Origin: the human T2T-CHM13v2.0 reference genome, Homo sapiens
Length of the DNA stretch: 64,000 nt
Assembly: GCF_009914755.1 (NCBI RefSeq)
Contig: NC_060936.1
Strand: one strand, 5' to 3'
The notes beneath the pieces are model-generated. The model was given only the letters and a program-made list of their open reading frames with translations, did not search any database and was not told the DNA's origin. This document shows, one piece after another, positions 51,425 to 64,000 of the stretch. The translations under genes were made by a program, and so were the position numbers. How positions within the stretch are numbered: position 1 is the first letter of the stretch; every line of letters starts with the position of its first letter.

Positions 51425-51548
51425 TTTAAATAGACAAATAAGATTGTATATATTTATGGTGTACGACTTGGTGTTTTAATATATGTATATACTGTTGAAT
51501 GACTAAATCAAGCTATTCATTCATTTTTATTAACTATAGTCACCACAA
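51425..51548 (-). mobile_element. L1MA 3'-end fragment
   Basis: ATTGTATATATTTATGGTGTAC...GAATGACTAAATCAAGCTA...TTATTAACTATAGTCACCA. Confidence 0.6.
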
Positions 51549-53979
51549 TATGTTTTTATTTCTTGATTCAAAAAATTCAAAAACAACTTTAGGAGCTAGG
51601 CAATGTAAACATGTTTATCACTACTTTACAGATAAGCCAATGATAATTTTTAAAGTTTAATTATATCCCAATCCCTCATCCTATATCCCCATACATCATA
51701 CACACTCCATTTTATAATCATTATTGTTTGCTCCTTCAAGCTTCTGTGACATTTAGGTAGACAGCTGGATAAGAAACTTTTTTTTTCCTACAAAATGTGG
51801 GTACTTTCTTCTATGCCCCAATGAGACTTCCACTTCCACAAAACAATCACACGACTACGATCGAGAAATGACAATAAACATTTCTGTATTTAAAGATCTT
51901 TAGAATTGTAAGGTGGGAAGATAAAAGACAAGGAATTAAAACCTAAAAGAAATTAGAAATCTTTTTCTTAAATTATGGACAAAATTTAGGAAAAAAGTTT
52001 CTCTGTTCCTAAAACTACAATTCCTTTCACAGCTGCATTTAATTTTAAACTTACCTTTGTCATTTTAAACATAGAAACCCATTCAACTATGGAAAGAACT
52101 CATGATTTTTATGTTTGGTTTGGTTTACATTTTTTTTCTTGTGGCCCTTAAAATTTTTTTCTAGCATGTCACCAGCACAGCTATATATTCAAAATTACGT
52201 CTGTTGCATTTTATTCAAATATTTTAGGTGGTTTATAGTAACAAAGGTTAATTAAAATATACAGGAAAGTAATTTGTAAAAGATAGGTGATATAATAGTT
52301 TCTTCATTTATATAATTAAGAATATATAATAAATTGGTTGCTTCAAAACATTTTACATTAATATATTAATGTCATTTTATCCTAATCTGATCATTACTCA
52401 TGGTCCATTCTTGAGAAGATTGGTGTAGAAGCAGAGTAGTCAGTCATTCCAGAATCCCAGAAACTGAAAGGCTTTCCATTCAGTAACTGCCTCAGAGGTC
52501 CACCTGAAATTGTATGGTAGGCTTCATCTAGCAGGGGAGGCTAATATTTAGCTCCAGTGTCAGTGAATATTGGCTATCTTATGGCAGAAGGAAGTCACTC
52601 CTTGCTTATTTCTTAGGGGCTAGGTGCTGATGATTATCCTGGACTCTATCTTTTAGGGGATGTGAGCAGTGAAGAAACTGCTTGTACTTCTGGTAGCCAT
52701 ATAAAGAAATATCACCCTCAGGTACTGAGGGATACTTGTGCAATGGACGGGTTGTTTGAATAAAGAGGAAAAGTAAGGAAGACAATGGGAAGTGTTCAGT
52801 AAACATTTATTAACCTCTGCTACGTACTGAACAAGCAAGGGGCTAACTTTATATAAATAGCAGATAAACACAGAGAGGTAAATTGGTGTCAAACTAATGG
52901 CATATAAGCCTCACAGTATCTCATTTTCTGTAAAATCCTTTTGGGAAAGGATCCATTAATATTTAATATGATTATATGTTGTTGTGAAATTTGCAAAAGT
53001 ATTTTGTTCTCTTCTTTTGTAATGATATCTCCTTCCCCCATAGTGTATAGACTTTAGTCATTCTCAAATTGTATCTTCCTGTGGACACACCCTATAAAAT
53101 TGTTAGTTAAGGCAGCTACTTTTAATTGTTCCAGAAGAAGGTATATGAACTTCATATCATTATAAGATTTGAGCTCTTATCTTTTTGGAGCTTTTACAGG
53201 GCTTCCTTTGCAACTGTGGACTTTTTGGCAATGTAAAAATAACTAAAAGAAGTAGGTGTTCTACTTATCATCAGTGTGTACCTTGGACATAAAGTGTCAA
53301 AAGCTTTTGCCATTTGTCCTTCACTGTCTGGTAGGGTTCATTCTGTAAGAAGGAATCACGTTAATAACATCTGCAGAACAGCTCAAACATATTTTGTTAC
53401 AAAAGTGATGGTGGGTAAACATAATTTTCAGCCAGTACAAACTCATGGCTGTCTTTTCTAAGTTATGCCAGTGAAGGTAGTTTTATTTATACAAATCTGC
53501 TACAGACTTCTACATGACAATAATAATTAAGGGGACTAAATATATAGATCCAGATTCATGCTGTGAGGGATTAGACAAGAGAAACTGAATCAGAACACTG
53601 AATAAGTCAATGACCACATGGACACCAATGACTTTTTTGTCCCCTCTGTGGTCTCTTTGGCTTACAGCGTTGAGTAGAGTCATAATTATGCTTTCAAATT
53701 TATGTTTTTACACCTATACACAGATTCACTGTTTTGTGATGGTGTTTTGTATCTTACTGCCAGATTAGCTATTATGACCACAAACATATACAAAGCCAAT
53801 AACAAAAAGAATAATAGAAAAAGACTATCTAGGTTCCTGGCCACTCCCCAGAGATTAGAAGCCAAAATGTAATTAATTAGAGAAGGTGAGATGGACAGTC
53901 ATTCTAAAGTTAGTTTTGCAAAACCTGAGCCTAGAAGCTATTTGATCACTATCACTAAGTCTTTGAATAGATACCTAAC

Positions 53980-54449
53980 ATGGCATAATGAGACACCAAA
54001 GATGCCCATATTCAAATCCCCAGAACCTGTGAATATTACCTTACATGGTAAAAAGGGCTTTGTATGTGTGTTTTAGTTAAGGGTATTGAGATGAAAAGAT
54101 TTTACTGGATTATCCAGGTGGACCCAGTGTAATCACAAGGGTTCTTATAAGAAGGCAAGAGGGTCAGAGTAAGAGAAAGAGATGTGACCATAGAAGCAGA
54201 GACTGGAATCAAGCAATTCTGGAACGGGGCCAAGGGCCAAGGAAGGCAGGTAATCTCTAAAAACTGGAAAAGTTAAAAAACTGATTTCCCTCTGGAGTCT
54301 TCAGAAGAAATAAGCTGCCAATATCTTGATATTAGACTAATATGACTCATTCAGGAATTCTGAACTCCAGAGCTTTAAGACAAATTAGTGTTGTTTTAAG
54401 CTGCTAAATGTGTAGTAATTTGTTAGAGCAACAATTCAACACTAATGCA
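53980..54449 (+). mobile_element. MLT1D-like MaLR solo LTR
   Basis: CCCAGAACCTGTGAATATTACCTTACATGG...TGGATTATCCAGGTGGACCC...TAATTTGTTAGAGCAAC. Confidence 0.8.
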
Positions 54450-55716
54450 ATGGCCACACAATCTTCAATTACTACTGGCTTAAGTATTAAATGTTCAATC
54501 TCATATTTAACAGGTGTTCTCATTCATTTAAATATTTTATTCATCTGAAATTTTTGTATTATCATGAAGAAACAACATTTTTTTTTTACCCATTTAACAG
54601 GCTCTTTTTAAAGACCTACAGTTTGCCAATCTTTGTGTTGGTGCTAAAAAAAAAAAGAGCAGTGAAGAAACTTACCTAGATTCTGTTTTTCTTCATAAAG
54701 CTTAAGGTTAAATGTACTATACAAAATTGCAGTATTCACTAAGCTTTCTATGTAGATTTGTTGTTTTCCACACATGGCAAACTTTTTGGTAAAGAATATC
54801 TCCAAAATACCTACATTTATTTTCAAACTCATTTTTAATTGTAGTTATTAAGGCTGGAATAATTGGAGGAAATTTTAAAACTGACTTAATAGGCTATAGA
54901 AAATATCAAGTTTCTTGCTTATAAAAATGTACTAAAAACAGTGCTTGGGATCAGAAGCTTATTCTTTCCAATTTGCTGACATATACCCCTGAATGTGAGA
55001 GGAACTCTGGAATACTCATTTGCTACATCTTTTTCATTTTATTTATAGAACAAAGTTCTTCACATCCCTCCACTGGGAGCATGGTCAAGTCCTGAAGTTA
55101 AATCATCTGTGTATTGTTTCTTCTAGGCTAACATAACAATTACATAAAACTAGAGAACAACACATCGCCATGTCTTTCTCCAATTGAATTTCTTCAATCC
55201 ATAATTTTCTCTTATCAAATTAGCATGAATTAATAAATTATCTAATACTTTAAAATAAATTAATAAAGTGAAATAAGAAGGAATATAATTAATCACCATG
55301 AGAATATGTAGAGACTAGGAAAATTATTATAAATGTGTTCATGATTACATTTTAATAATTACAAGTAATAGTTGAAAGTGATTGAATATAATTAATAAGA
55401 AACAAAATCAAGTGACTAATGGCAATCTAGTATGCTTTAACACTGCAAGAATTCTTTTTTTCTATTTTAAAGGTTTACAATAAAATTGAACTTATGTAAT
55501 TTACCTAGTGTGAAATTTAATATTAAATAAAACAGAACAGTATGATCCCACAATATATTAACTTTTACATTAAAATAGAGAATGCTATATAATTATAAAA
55601 TTGAACCATTGTTCTGCTTAATAAAAATGATTTAATTTTAAAAGTAAAAATGGAAGACTAAGTTAAATAAAAAAGATTCTTCAGCAGGAATGCTTTTAAA
55701 TATCAGAGCCATTTTT

Positions 55717-55749
55717 ACACACACACAAACACACACACACACACTCACA
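55717..55749 (+). repeat. Interrupted (CA)n microsatellite
   Basis: Read directly from the sequence. Confidence 0.9.
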
Positions 55750-56588
55750 TGTGTATGTATATTTAGATCTAATACAGTAACCAAAGGGAAAAAAGCAGTA
55801 ATAAAACTACAGAAATCTCTCGACTTGGGAAAATTCCTATTTCTATTAAAACAATAGTGTATTACAGTGGAATTTAAATGTAAGTTATCAATTTGTTGCA
55901 CTTTAATTCCTATAACCTTTAGAAAGTTAAGGGGAAAGAAATGTATGTTTGGGAGTGTCAGGGGAAAAAGGGTTGTTTTCAGATTAAAAACATGAGTGAA
56001 ATAGTTTACATTGACTTATTGTGGGCACAAAGAAATGATAGTTTTCTGAAGAAGTAGTAACATCAGTGAGCACAGTAAAACTTGCAGAATAGAGAACAGA
56101 AGTGATTCAAAGAGTCTCTTCTCAAAAAGCCTTCACAGATGTGCTGTTTAAAATGGTGCACATTTTTATAGGCAGCCTGTTTTAAAGCCAGGCATGATGT
56201 AAGAATTAACTGCCTTAATCTGACATGAGTTTTAGTCAATTTAGAACACCAGCTTAATTAGTCCCTTCTTTACTGACATCTCTAAGATTTACTGCCTCTT
56301 CTAGAGCCTCAAATATTCAGACTAAATTTTGCTAATCTTACTCATTGACATCTTGTAACTATTTCCTCCTTGGAAAAATTATTTTTTCTTCTATCAATTC
56401 AAACTATTGGGCCAAAAATCATTAACTTTGTTGGGCGTTTCTATTATCTAAACTGTTAACTAAATTTCAGCCTTGCTCATAACACTCAATGATTCATGGT
56501 AGTCTTTCCCTGCTTAGTATGAGTTTCAAGATGCCCTGGATAGCCCATCTATAATAACAGAATTTTTAAAAACTTTTAATCTCAATTA

Positions 56589-56880
56589 GGCCAGGTATGG
56601 TGGCTCATGCCTGTAACCCCAGCACTTCGGGAGACCAAGGTTGGCAGATCACTTGAGGTCAGTTTGAGACCAACCTGGCAAAGGTGGGGAACCCCATCTC
56701 TACCAAAAATACAAAAATTAGCCATGCATGGTGGTGCAGGCCTGTAATCCCAGCAATTTGGGAGACTGACACATGAGAATCACTTGAGGCAGAGGTTGCA
56801 GTCAGTTGGATTGCAGCCTCTGCACTCAAGCATGGGTGACAAAGCAAGACTCTGTCTCAAATAAATAAACAATGAAAAAA
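56589..56880 (+). mobile_element. Diverged AluS/J element with small internal deletions
   Basis: Alu dimer structure; CpGs decayed. Confidence 0.85.
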
Positions 56881-57135
56881 ATCCAGAATTGACTGCCCAC
56901 TACATTAGCTCTAATTAGGCACATTCTCTTGCAGTACAATTTGTTTTATATTTCTTGAAATTATGAGAAATCATTGGAAAATCCTCAATATGTAATGTGA
57001 TAATTCTGATCATTACACGTAATAAATTTTCCTCTCACGGGCAACAGATGGGATGAATTGACTGTGACGATAACGCATTGTTCTCAAGTGAAGTATGCCA
57101 AAATATCTGCCAGTTCTTCAATCTGTCATACATCT

Positions 57136-57197
57136 ATAAATACTGTGTAATACCATTCAGGAACAAACATTAAGTATGACAGTGAAGTAATAAGAAT
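57136..57197 (+). repeat. 62-bp direct repeat, copy 1
   Basis: Matches 57576-57637 with 2 mismatches. Confidence 0.95.
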
Positions 57198-57412
57198 CTA
57201 AAGCACTACAAATTCCTTCCTTAAATCCTTTTGCCAAAAAATCCTACTGTCTTTTTATTTGTTTCTATTTTATTATTATTTATAGGAAATGACTTATTCA
57301 TTAACATAACAAGGGTAATAGACGCTCACTACTGGGCCACTATATCTAGCATGAGAAAAGTTACAAAAAGAGTCTGAACAGCACTTCTTTACTCCCACCC
57401 AGCCACCACCCT

Positions 57413-57413
<1 letters not shown>

Positions 57414-57454
<41 letters not shown>

Positions 57455-57455
57455 A
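57414..57455 (+). repeat. (CA)n microsatellite
   Basis: About 17 uninterrupted CA units. Confidence 0.95.
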
Positions 57456-57575
57456 TACTTTCAGGAAGATTTCATCATGTCTGCAGATGTTCTGTGAGAA
57501 AGAACATCTATTTTATGTTTATCTTAGTATTTCTCAGATTGCATATTACAGGAATTTGCACATACTTGGTACTCA

Positions 57576-57637
57576 ATAAATACTGTGTAATACCATTCAG
57601 GAACAAACATTAAGTATGACAATGAAGCAATAAGAAT
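57576..57637 (+). repeat. 62-bp direct repeat, copy 2
   Basis: Matches 57136-57197 with 2 mismatches. Confidence 0.95.
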
Positions 57638-57870
57638 GATTTTTAGATTTTAAGTTTGCATTTGAATTACAGAAATAACTCATGCCTGTTATCAACAAAA
57701 ACATAAAAAGCATAAAATACAATAAAAATAACTCCTTTTTAAGGTAACAAAATACTTTACAAGACAATTTCCAAGTCAGAAAATCCTTCAAAAGATTTTT
57801 CAAAATCATCATGGCAAAATTTAAATAGTATAAATCATGCGTAATATGACAATTAAATTTAATCAGCATC

Positions 57871-58195
<325 letters not shown>

Positions 58196-59054
58196 TCAGC
58201 AAAGTTTAATGTAATGACTACTATGCAACAGGCACTCTTCTTTTTAATAGGGATACAAAGAAGATTATGTTTGAAAATGTGAATCTCACAAGGTGATGAG
58301 AGAGTCAGACTCCATGATAAATGGTGTTATAGGCAGATACACAAACTGCTATGATAAGCTAAGTAAACCAATAAACACAGCTGTTTCACTGTTGTGTTTA
58401 GAATGACTTTTTTTTATCATTAGTGGTTCTTTTTCAGAAATATTCCCATATTCTACTTTGTGTTTCTCTAAATATTTATCTAAAATTGAAACTATAGCTC
58501 AAGGATAACAACCTTCTAATCTATACTGCTTCATGGTCCAGCCTTTGTCCTCAACCAGGACTTGTGAAAAAATAAATACTCCAACATGAAACACAATCGT
58601 TTTGCTAAGAACTTAATGGATCCACAAGAAAAATATGAAGACCGGGCTGTCAGAAGGACATCTTAACATGGCAATACCACTGTCTTAGTAACAGATTCAG
58701 TAACATAAGGGATTTATGAGATACCTAGCACAGAAGGGAATAAATTGTGCTAAAGCAGAGTAAAAATATGCAAAAATAACAAAAATAATTAACAAGTAGA
58801 GAAATTACTACAGATTACAAATATAAAGGAATATGTCACACAATAGCAATATTGCCCCTTCAGGTTATTAGGTACCATTTAGTAAGAACTAATTATATAT
58901 ACTCATTGGTAACGTATTAAAGTAACAGAATATCCTCGAAGTTTATCTTGTTTTGATGGATGCCATTTCTATTACCCAGAGTTGACCAAATTGTAAAAGC
59001 TAATCAAAATGACTAAGAAAGTAATGACTACTTATTGATAATTAAACTTGGTTC

Positions 59055-59750
59055 AGTTATTCATTTGATGAATAGTCACTGAAAACCAACTGTGTGCCAG
59101 GCACCATTAGCTAGGTGATTCTTGTGAAATGAACAAAATTAAGTACCTGCCATCACGGAGCACACATCCTAGTGGCAAGAAGATAATAGACAATACGTTA
59201 CAGAGAAAAAATAAAGCAGAAAAAGGGATGGAAAGTAGCTGGCAAGGATGTGAAATAGGGTCATCATCTTGGAAGGAAATGATAGTTTAGACCATTGGGG
59301 AGCAGTGGAGATAAGGAAAAGTGATATAAATCTGCAACAATATTTAAGGTAGATCTAATAGGATGCTATAGCTGTATAATAAACACAGAGAGAAAAGCCA
59401 AAGATGATGCCCACGTACTACATCAAGCTATTAAAATAGTGGAACTGCCCTTTACAAGGAAAATAAAGACTAGGAAGAGGATGAACGAGGTCAGAAGTTT
59501 GGGATTAGTCTTATTTTAGTTTTGAGATGCCTAGCAGACATTCAATTAGAAAATTTATTTCACATGTGGATATATGAGCTTAACATTGAGAGTGGATATA
59601 AATGTTAGGAGTTCTCAGCATATAGCTGTGAGATTGCATGAAATCACCTAGAAAGTACTTATGAACTGAGTCCTGAGCCATAGTGATACTTTGAGATCTG
59701 GGAGATGAAAGGAACCGGAAAAAGAGACTAGTGAATTGCATTCTAAAATA
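59055..59750 (-). mobile_element. L2 fragments
   Basis: TTATTCATTTGATGAATAG...CTGTGTGCCAGGCAC...; TTTGAGATGCCTAGCAGACATTCAA. Confidence 0.6.
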
Positions 59751-61317
59751 GGTTTTAGAAAACATTGTAGCATATATACAGGTTTTAGAAAGCCAGCTAC
59801 ATTATTCTTAACCACTCAACAAAGTCAAGATTCTTAAAGAGCAAAGAGTTGACTCAGAGGAGGATCAGGGGGCCAAATCTATCACTCTCTTCAATCCTAA
59901 GGACAATGTTTAATAAGATCCTTGGAGAGTTTATGTGTGTCCTCTGGACTGACATAAAAAACTGATGTTTTACTTCCATATTGTAGGAGTAGTTAATAAA
60001 AAGCAGCTGGACTAGCTGTTCTTACCACAGATCAAAAGAACAGTAGCTCTTTTGGGGGCCCTCAACTTGAAAATATTTTGTGCAACAAGGGCTTATGAAT
60101 GTTTCCCATGGACTTGAAGTGACCATTCATATTAGAGAAAAGTTGTGTTTCTCAAGCCTGTCAAAGGAGATTTTATGGGGAGGCATAAGACTTGATAGAA
60201 AGAAGCAGAGTTATCACCAAAATACTAGGACAATAGAGGCAGTAACAAATAAAATAGAAACTCAACCCTTATTTAGTGAATAGTGGATGAGAGATCCTTC
60301 TTGATTGGGTAGTTGGGGGGGAGTCCTTCAAAACTCTCTATAAGAAAAATAATTCTTGGGATAATGAATTAATGTCAAACTCCTGCCAAGACAATGCTGG
60401 ATCACTCTGTACTTGTCAAGTAAGTGTTTGTCTTCTTTATTCTCTCCTTCCTCTCTTTCCTTCCCAAGTTTCCAGACATGAAGGGGTCACAAACAGAAGT
60501 TAGGAAGGTTGAGGAGTGAGAGTGCAGGAGGACCTTAAATGACGGAAAAAAATAGAAGGTGATCAGCTCTCGGCATTGAACTGCTGCTTCTTACCTATAG
60601 CAGGGTGAACCCATGGGTTGCAAAAGACTCAGCTTTAAGTCAATTTTAGAATTTTGATTATGACCTAAGATTGAACATTTCAGTTAATAAGGTGAGATTA
60701 ATGTTGTGGCTTGAAAGAATTATAGACTTGTTTTCTAAGAGAGAGATAACAGAATTCATAGGACCGGCTTGAGGTGTCATCTGGACACAATGGAAGAACT
60801 AGCTCCACTGTATGAATTAAGGGCAGAGTGAAAGGCCATCACAAATTTCTTTTAAAAAAATCTTTATTCAATGAGAAAACTTTTGGCCTTTATTCAACAA
60901 GTAAATATTTAATTTTGGATTTTTTTACTTAGCATATCTATGATCTCTGTGTCAGTATTATAAAAATTTAATAAGCTTTTACTTAACATAGTCCTTAATA
61001 AACATTTTAAATAGGAAGAGACCAAAGATAAAACCTTGTAAGATGTCTGAATTGGCAATAAGTCATCAAGCTAACTACAAGCCCTTTAAATTTTACAACT
61101 TAACCTGTTTTTCTAAATCTTCTCAAATGGGCTGAGATGGACTAAGTGGCTTTAGGAAAATCTTTTATTAAAGAAAGACAAACTACTTATCCAAAATCCC
61201 CTTACCTGATTTAACAAAAACATCAAATAAACATTTATGTGTCTATTATGAAATAAAATTGTATGTATTTAATAATTATTATATATAATATAAACGTAAA
61301 CAGTTAATTATAATCAA

Positions 61318-61817
61318 GCTTAGTGTGAGGGTTCTCCAGAGAAACAGAAGCAATAGGATATATAAAAACATATAAAAAGAGATTTATTATGAGAGATTAG
61401 TTCATGCAGTTATTGAGGATGAAAAGTCCCATGATTTGCCATCTGCAAGCTGGAGGTATAGTTTCAGTGCAAACACGAAAATCTGAGAACAAGTAGATAC
61501 AAATGGTCTAGTCCCAGTCAGAGTCCAAAGGTATGCAACCTGGAGCACTGATGTCCAAGGACAAGAAAAGATGGATGTCCCAGCTAAAGCAGAGAGCAAC
61601 TTCATCCTTTCTCCTCCTCTTTGTTTTATTCAGGCTCTCAGTGGGTTGGATGATGCCCATTCACTTTGGTGAGGGCAACTTTCTTTCCTCAGCTTCCTGA
61701 TGCAAATGCTAATCTCTTCTGGAAACACCTTCACAGACACACCCAGAAATTATGTCTTATCAGCTATCTGAGTATCTCTTAGCCCAGACGAGACAACACA
61801 TGAAATTAACCGTCACA
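61318..61817 (-). mobile_element. MLT2B-like ERVL solo LTR
   Basis: AGGGTTCTCCAGAGAAACAGAAGCAATAGG...CCATCTGCAAGCTGGAG...CACAGACACACCCAGAAAT...AAATTAACCGTCACA. Confidence 0.82.
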
Positions 61818-61986
61818 AGCTTGTTTTTAGTAAACTCACTATATCCTTTTCTAAAATTGTTCACTTATCAGTTACATTGCTTTTTCTGTTCAAAAATCTA
61901 TAATATAAAGTCATTTGTACAGCAATGCCTCAAAGCCACTGATTATATATTAATCTCTGCACTTTCCAATATTATAAAGTTAACTG

Positions 61987-62293
61987 GGCTGGGCGTGGTG
62001 GCTCACGCCTGTAAACCCAGCACTCTGGGAGGCCAAGGTGGGCAGATCACGAGGTCAGGAGATCAAGACCATCCTGGCTAACGTGGTGAAACCCCGTCTC
62101 TACTAAAAAAAAAAAAAAAAAAATTAGCCAGGCGTGATGGCGGACGACTGTGGTCCCAGCTACTCAGGAGGCTGAGGCAGGATAATGGCATGAACCTGGA
62201 AGGCGGAGCTTGCAGTGAGCCAAGATTGCGCCACTGCACTCCAACCTGGGTGACAGAGCAAGACTCCGTCTCAAAAAAAAAAAAAAAAAAAAA
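61987..62293 (+). mobile_element. AluY with pure-A middle linker
   Basis: AluY diagnostics; TSD AAAGTTAACTG at 61976-61986 and 62294-62304. Confidence 0.92.
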
Positions 62294-62302
62294 AAAGTTA
62301 AC

Positions 62303-63011
62303 TGGTCTGAAGCAGGCTCATTGTCTGAAATGTTACCCAGAGTTATTTGTCTCATGACCAAGAAAATGAAGAAGTGTAGACACCAAGGGTAATGTTGGAC
62401 TGTAAACTCAATAAGCAAAAGAGGGAACTCTCAACACTTGAGAGGGGGCCTGAAAGAAGGCTTCCAGCTATGAGGCTGAGTCCAGGGTTTTTATAGACTG
62501 GAAGGGGAAGAATGTGCTGACTGGTCTGTAGACCATTTTGGAGAAAGCACCAGTAAGATAAAGGTATGATAGTGTAAGGAAACAATTGTTGGTAGAGGTG
62601 AAGTTGGTCTGGGACCTTGGCCTGGGGCCAATCAAGAGCTAAACTGAAAGCTTGGCCAGGGACCTTGGCCTGGGACCAATCAAGAACTGAAATGATGACT
62701 CACCCTATGTAAATGAAAACTTAGCCCGGGGCCAATTACAGAAAGGTAGGCTTATGTAAAATAAGTGAAAAGTGAGAAACCAATAGGTGAAACCTAAGAG
62801 ACTAAGGTGTGCCAAGGAGAGAGAAATGTGTCCAAAAAGGGATGGAATTTGCTCATCTGGGTACACAGGTAGCATTTCCATTCCACAACACGGGCTCTTT
62901 CTTATCTGCGGTCTGCGGTTTGATTTTCAGGCTGTTCTTTGTTTGAAGGAGTTTTACTGAGGACCTACAATAACTGCCTACCTGACTGGTTTCTTCCTTT
63001 CTCCTCTCTCA
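62303..63011 (-). mobile_element. MER50-like ERV1 solo LTR
   Basis: Minus strand begins TGAGAGAGGAGAAAGGAAGAAACCAGTCAGG...AAACTCCTTCAAACAAAGAACAGCCTGAAAATC; has CCAAT repeats and TATAAAAA at 62488-62495 (minus). Confidence 0.7.
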
Positions 63012-63166
63012 GTTCAAATACTTTTATTTAGAACTTCCTTAGACAAATATTCCGTGTCTCAATTTTCTGAGGCTATTGCTCTCAAAACCAACTCCATATT
63101 AAAATCATCTAAAGAGTTATAAAAATACCTACTGCAGACAACTGAATTCATATATTTCAGGTCGGG

Positions 63167-63292
63167 GTGTATCAGCGTTGTAGTTTGTCTAACAAACCAT
63201 TTTAAAACTTGGGGGCTTAAAAATACAACAATTTATTTGCTAATTATCCTTTAATTTTGCCTGAATTCAGCTCAGTAGATATTCTGCTGAAA
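63167..63292 (-). mobile_element. MLT1-type LTR fragment
   Basis: TAACAAACCATTTTAAAACTTGGGGGCTTAAAA...CAATTTATTTGCT. Confidence 0.5.
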
Positions 63293-64000
63293 AGTTCGGT
63301 ATTATTAAGCCATAGCATTGCTGAAAAATACATTATTTCAATAAGAGCCAAAACCAGATGGAGAATCTAAGACTAGGAGAATTATAGGAACGTGTGAACC
63401 AGGGGCTGGAACAGAGAAGACTCAAGGTATTCAGAATAGCTGCCAAATTAGCAACTGGAATTTAAATTTAGGGTGTAACAGATAATTTAAATTCTGTATA
63501 GAACCATAAAGAAATATAAAAACTTAGATTCTAATAATCTCAAATTGTCTAAGAGTTCATTTCTAATAGTTCATTTCCACACAACAGAAGAAATACACAC
63601 AAAAATGAGTAAAATAAAAATTTAAAAAACATTTTAAACATCACCATGGTTGTCTTTCCCAAGACCATGGAGAATGACGAAAGTATTATAATTGTGAAAT
63701 ATTAATTCCAAAGTGTAGCAGCATGCTAGCCAGTCTAGAAAAGTTCATATAATTGCATGTATTTATAAACTATTGTATTTTGATTTTAGGTATTTTTCCA
63801 TTTATATATCTACATATTTTTCTCAATTGAATGTCACAACCAAAGAGCTTGTTTCTGGAATCAATTACATCAACAAAATATTTTGCAGTTCAGTTAATTA
63901 GGTTTTCAAGAGACAAAAAGCAATTACGTAACTGGAATCTCAGTGTAGAATTTCAATAGTACTTAGTAGGTAATCTTTGCTCTGTGAGAGACAAATTGTA

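Noticed and set aside
52040-54700. Minus-strand consensus donors (AG|GTAAGT at ~52054 and ~54675)
   Set aside because: No convincing paired acceptor with a recognisable coding frame; such motifs occur by chance at this density.
59880-60850. Purine-rich block resembling a very old LTR
   Set aside because: I could not assign a family or boundaries from the sequence alone.

Overview
AT-rich, CpG-depleted mammalian genomic DNA, almost certainly human: it carries an AluYa5 matching the consensus and a young L1 with the ACG diagnostic. No recognisable protein-coding gene, RNA gene, CRISPR array or prokaryotic system is present. The long ORFs are LINE-1 ORF2 fragments, and the short ones are Alu/LTR-derived or chance. 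The window reads as intergenic or deep-intronic DNA made of layered retroelements: a young 5'-truncated L1, a near full-length ancient L1MA2, a twin-primed L1MA, an internally deleted old primate L1, about ten Alus, MaLR/ERV1/ERVL solo LTRs, hAT DNA transposons and MIR/L2/CR1 relics. The best-supported unusual object is the young L1 at 1111-4750. It carries a ~1.04 kb 3' transduction with two poly(A) tails, all enclosed by one perfect 17-bp target-site duplication. The window also has several templated-insertion or template-switch scars: a perfect 39-bp inverted copy, 99-bp and 62-bp non-tandem direct duplications, and a 129-bp hairpin. A few weak orphan exon candidates are noted. I found no support for a wholly new biological system. 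Repeat subfamily names come from my recall of consensus sequences and need RepeatMasker/Dfam confirmation.
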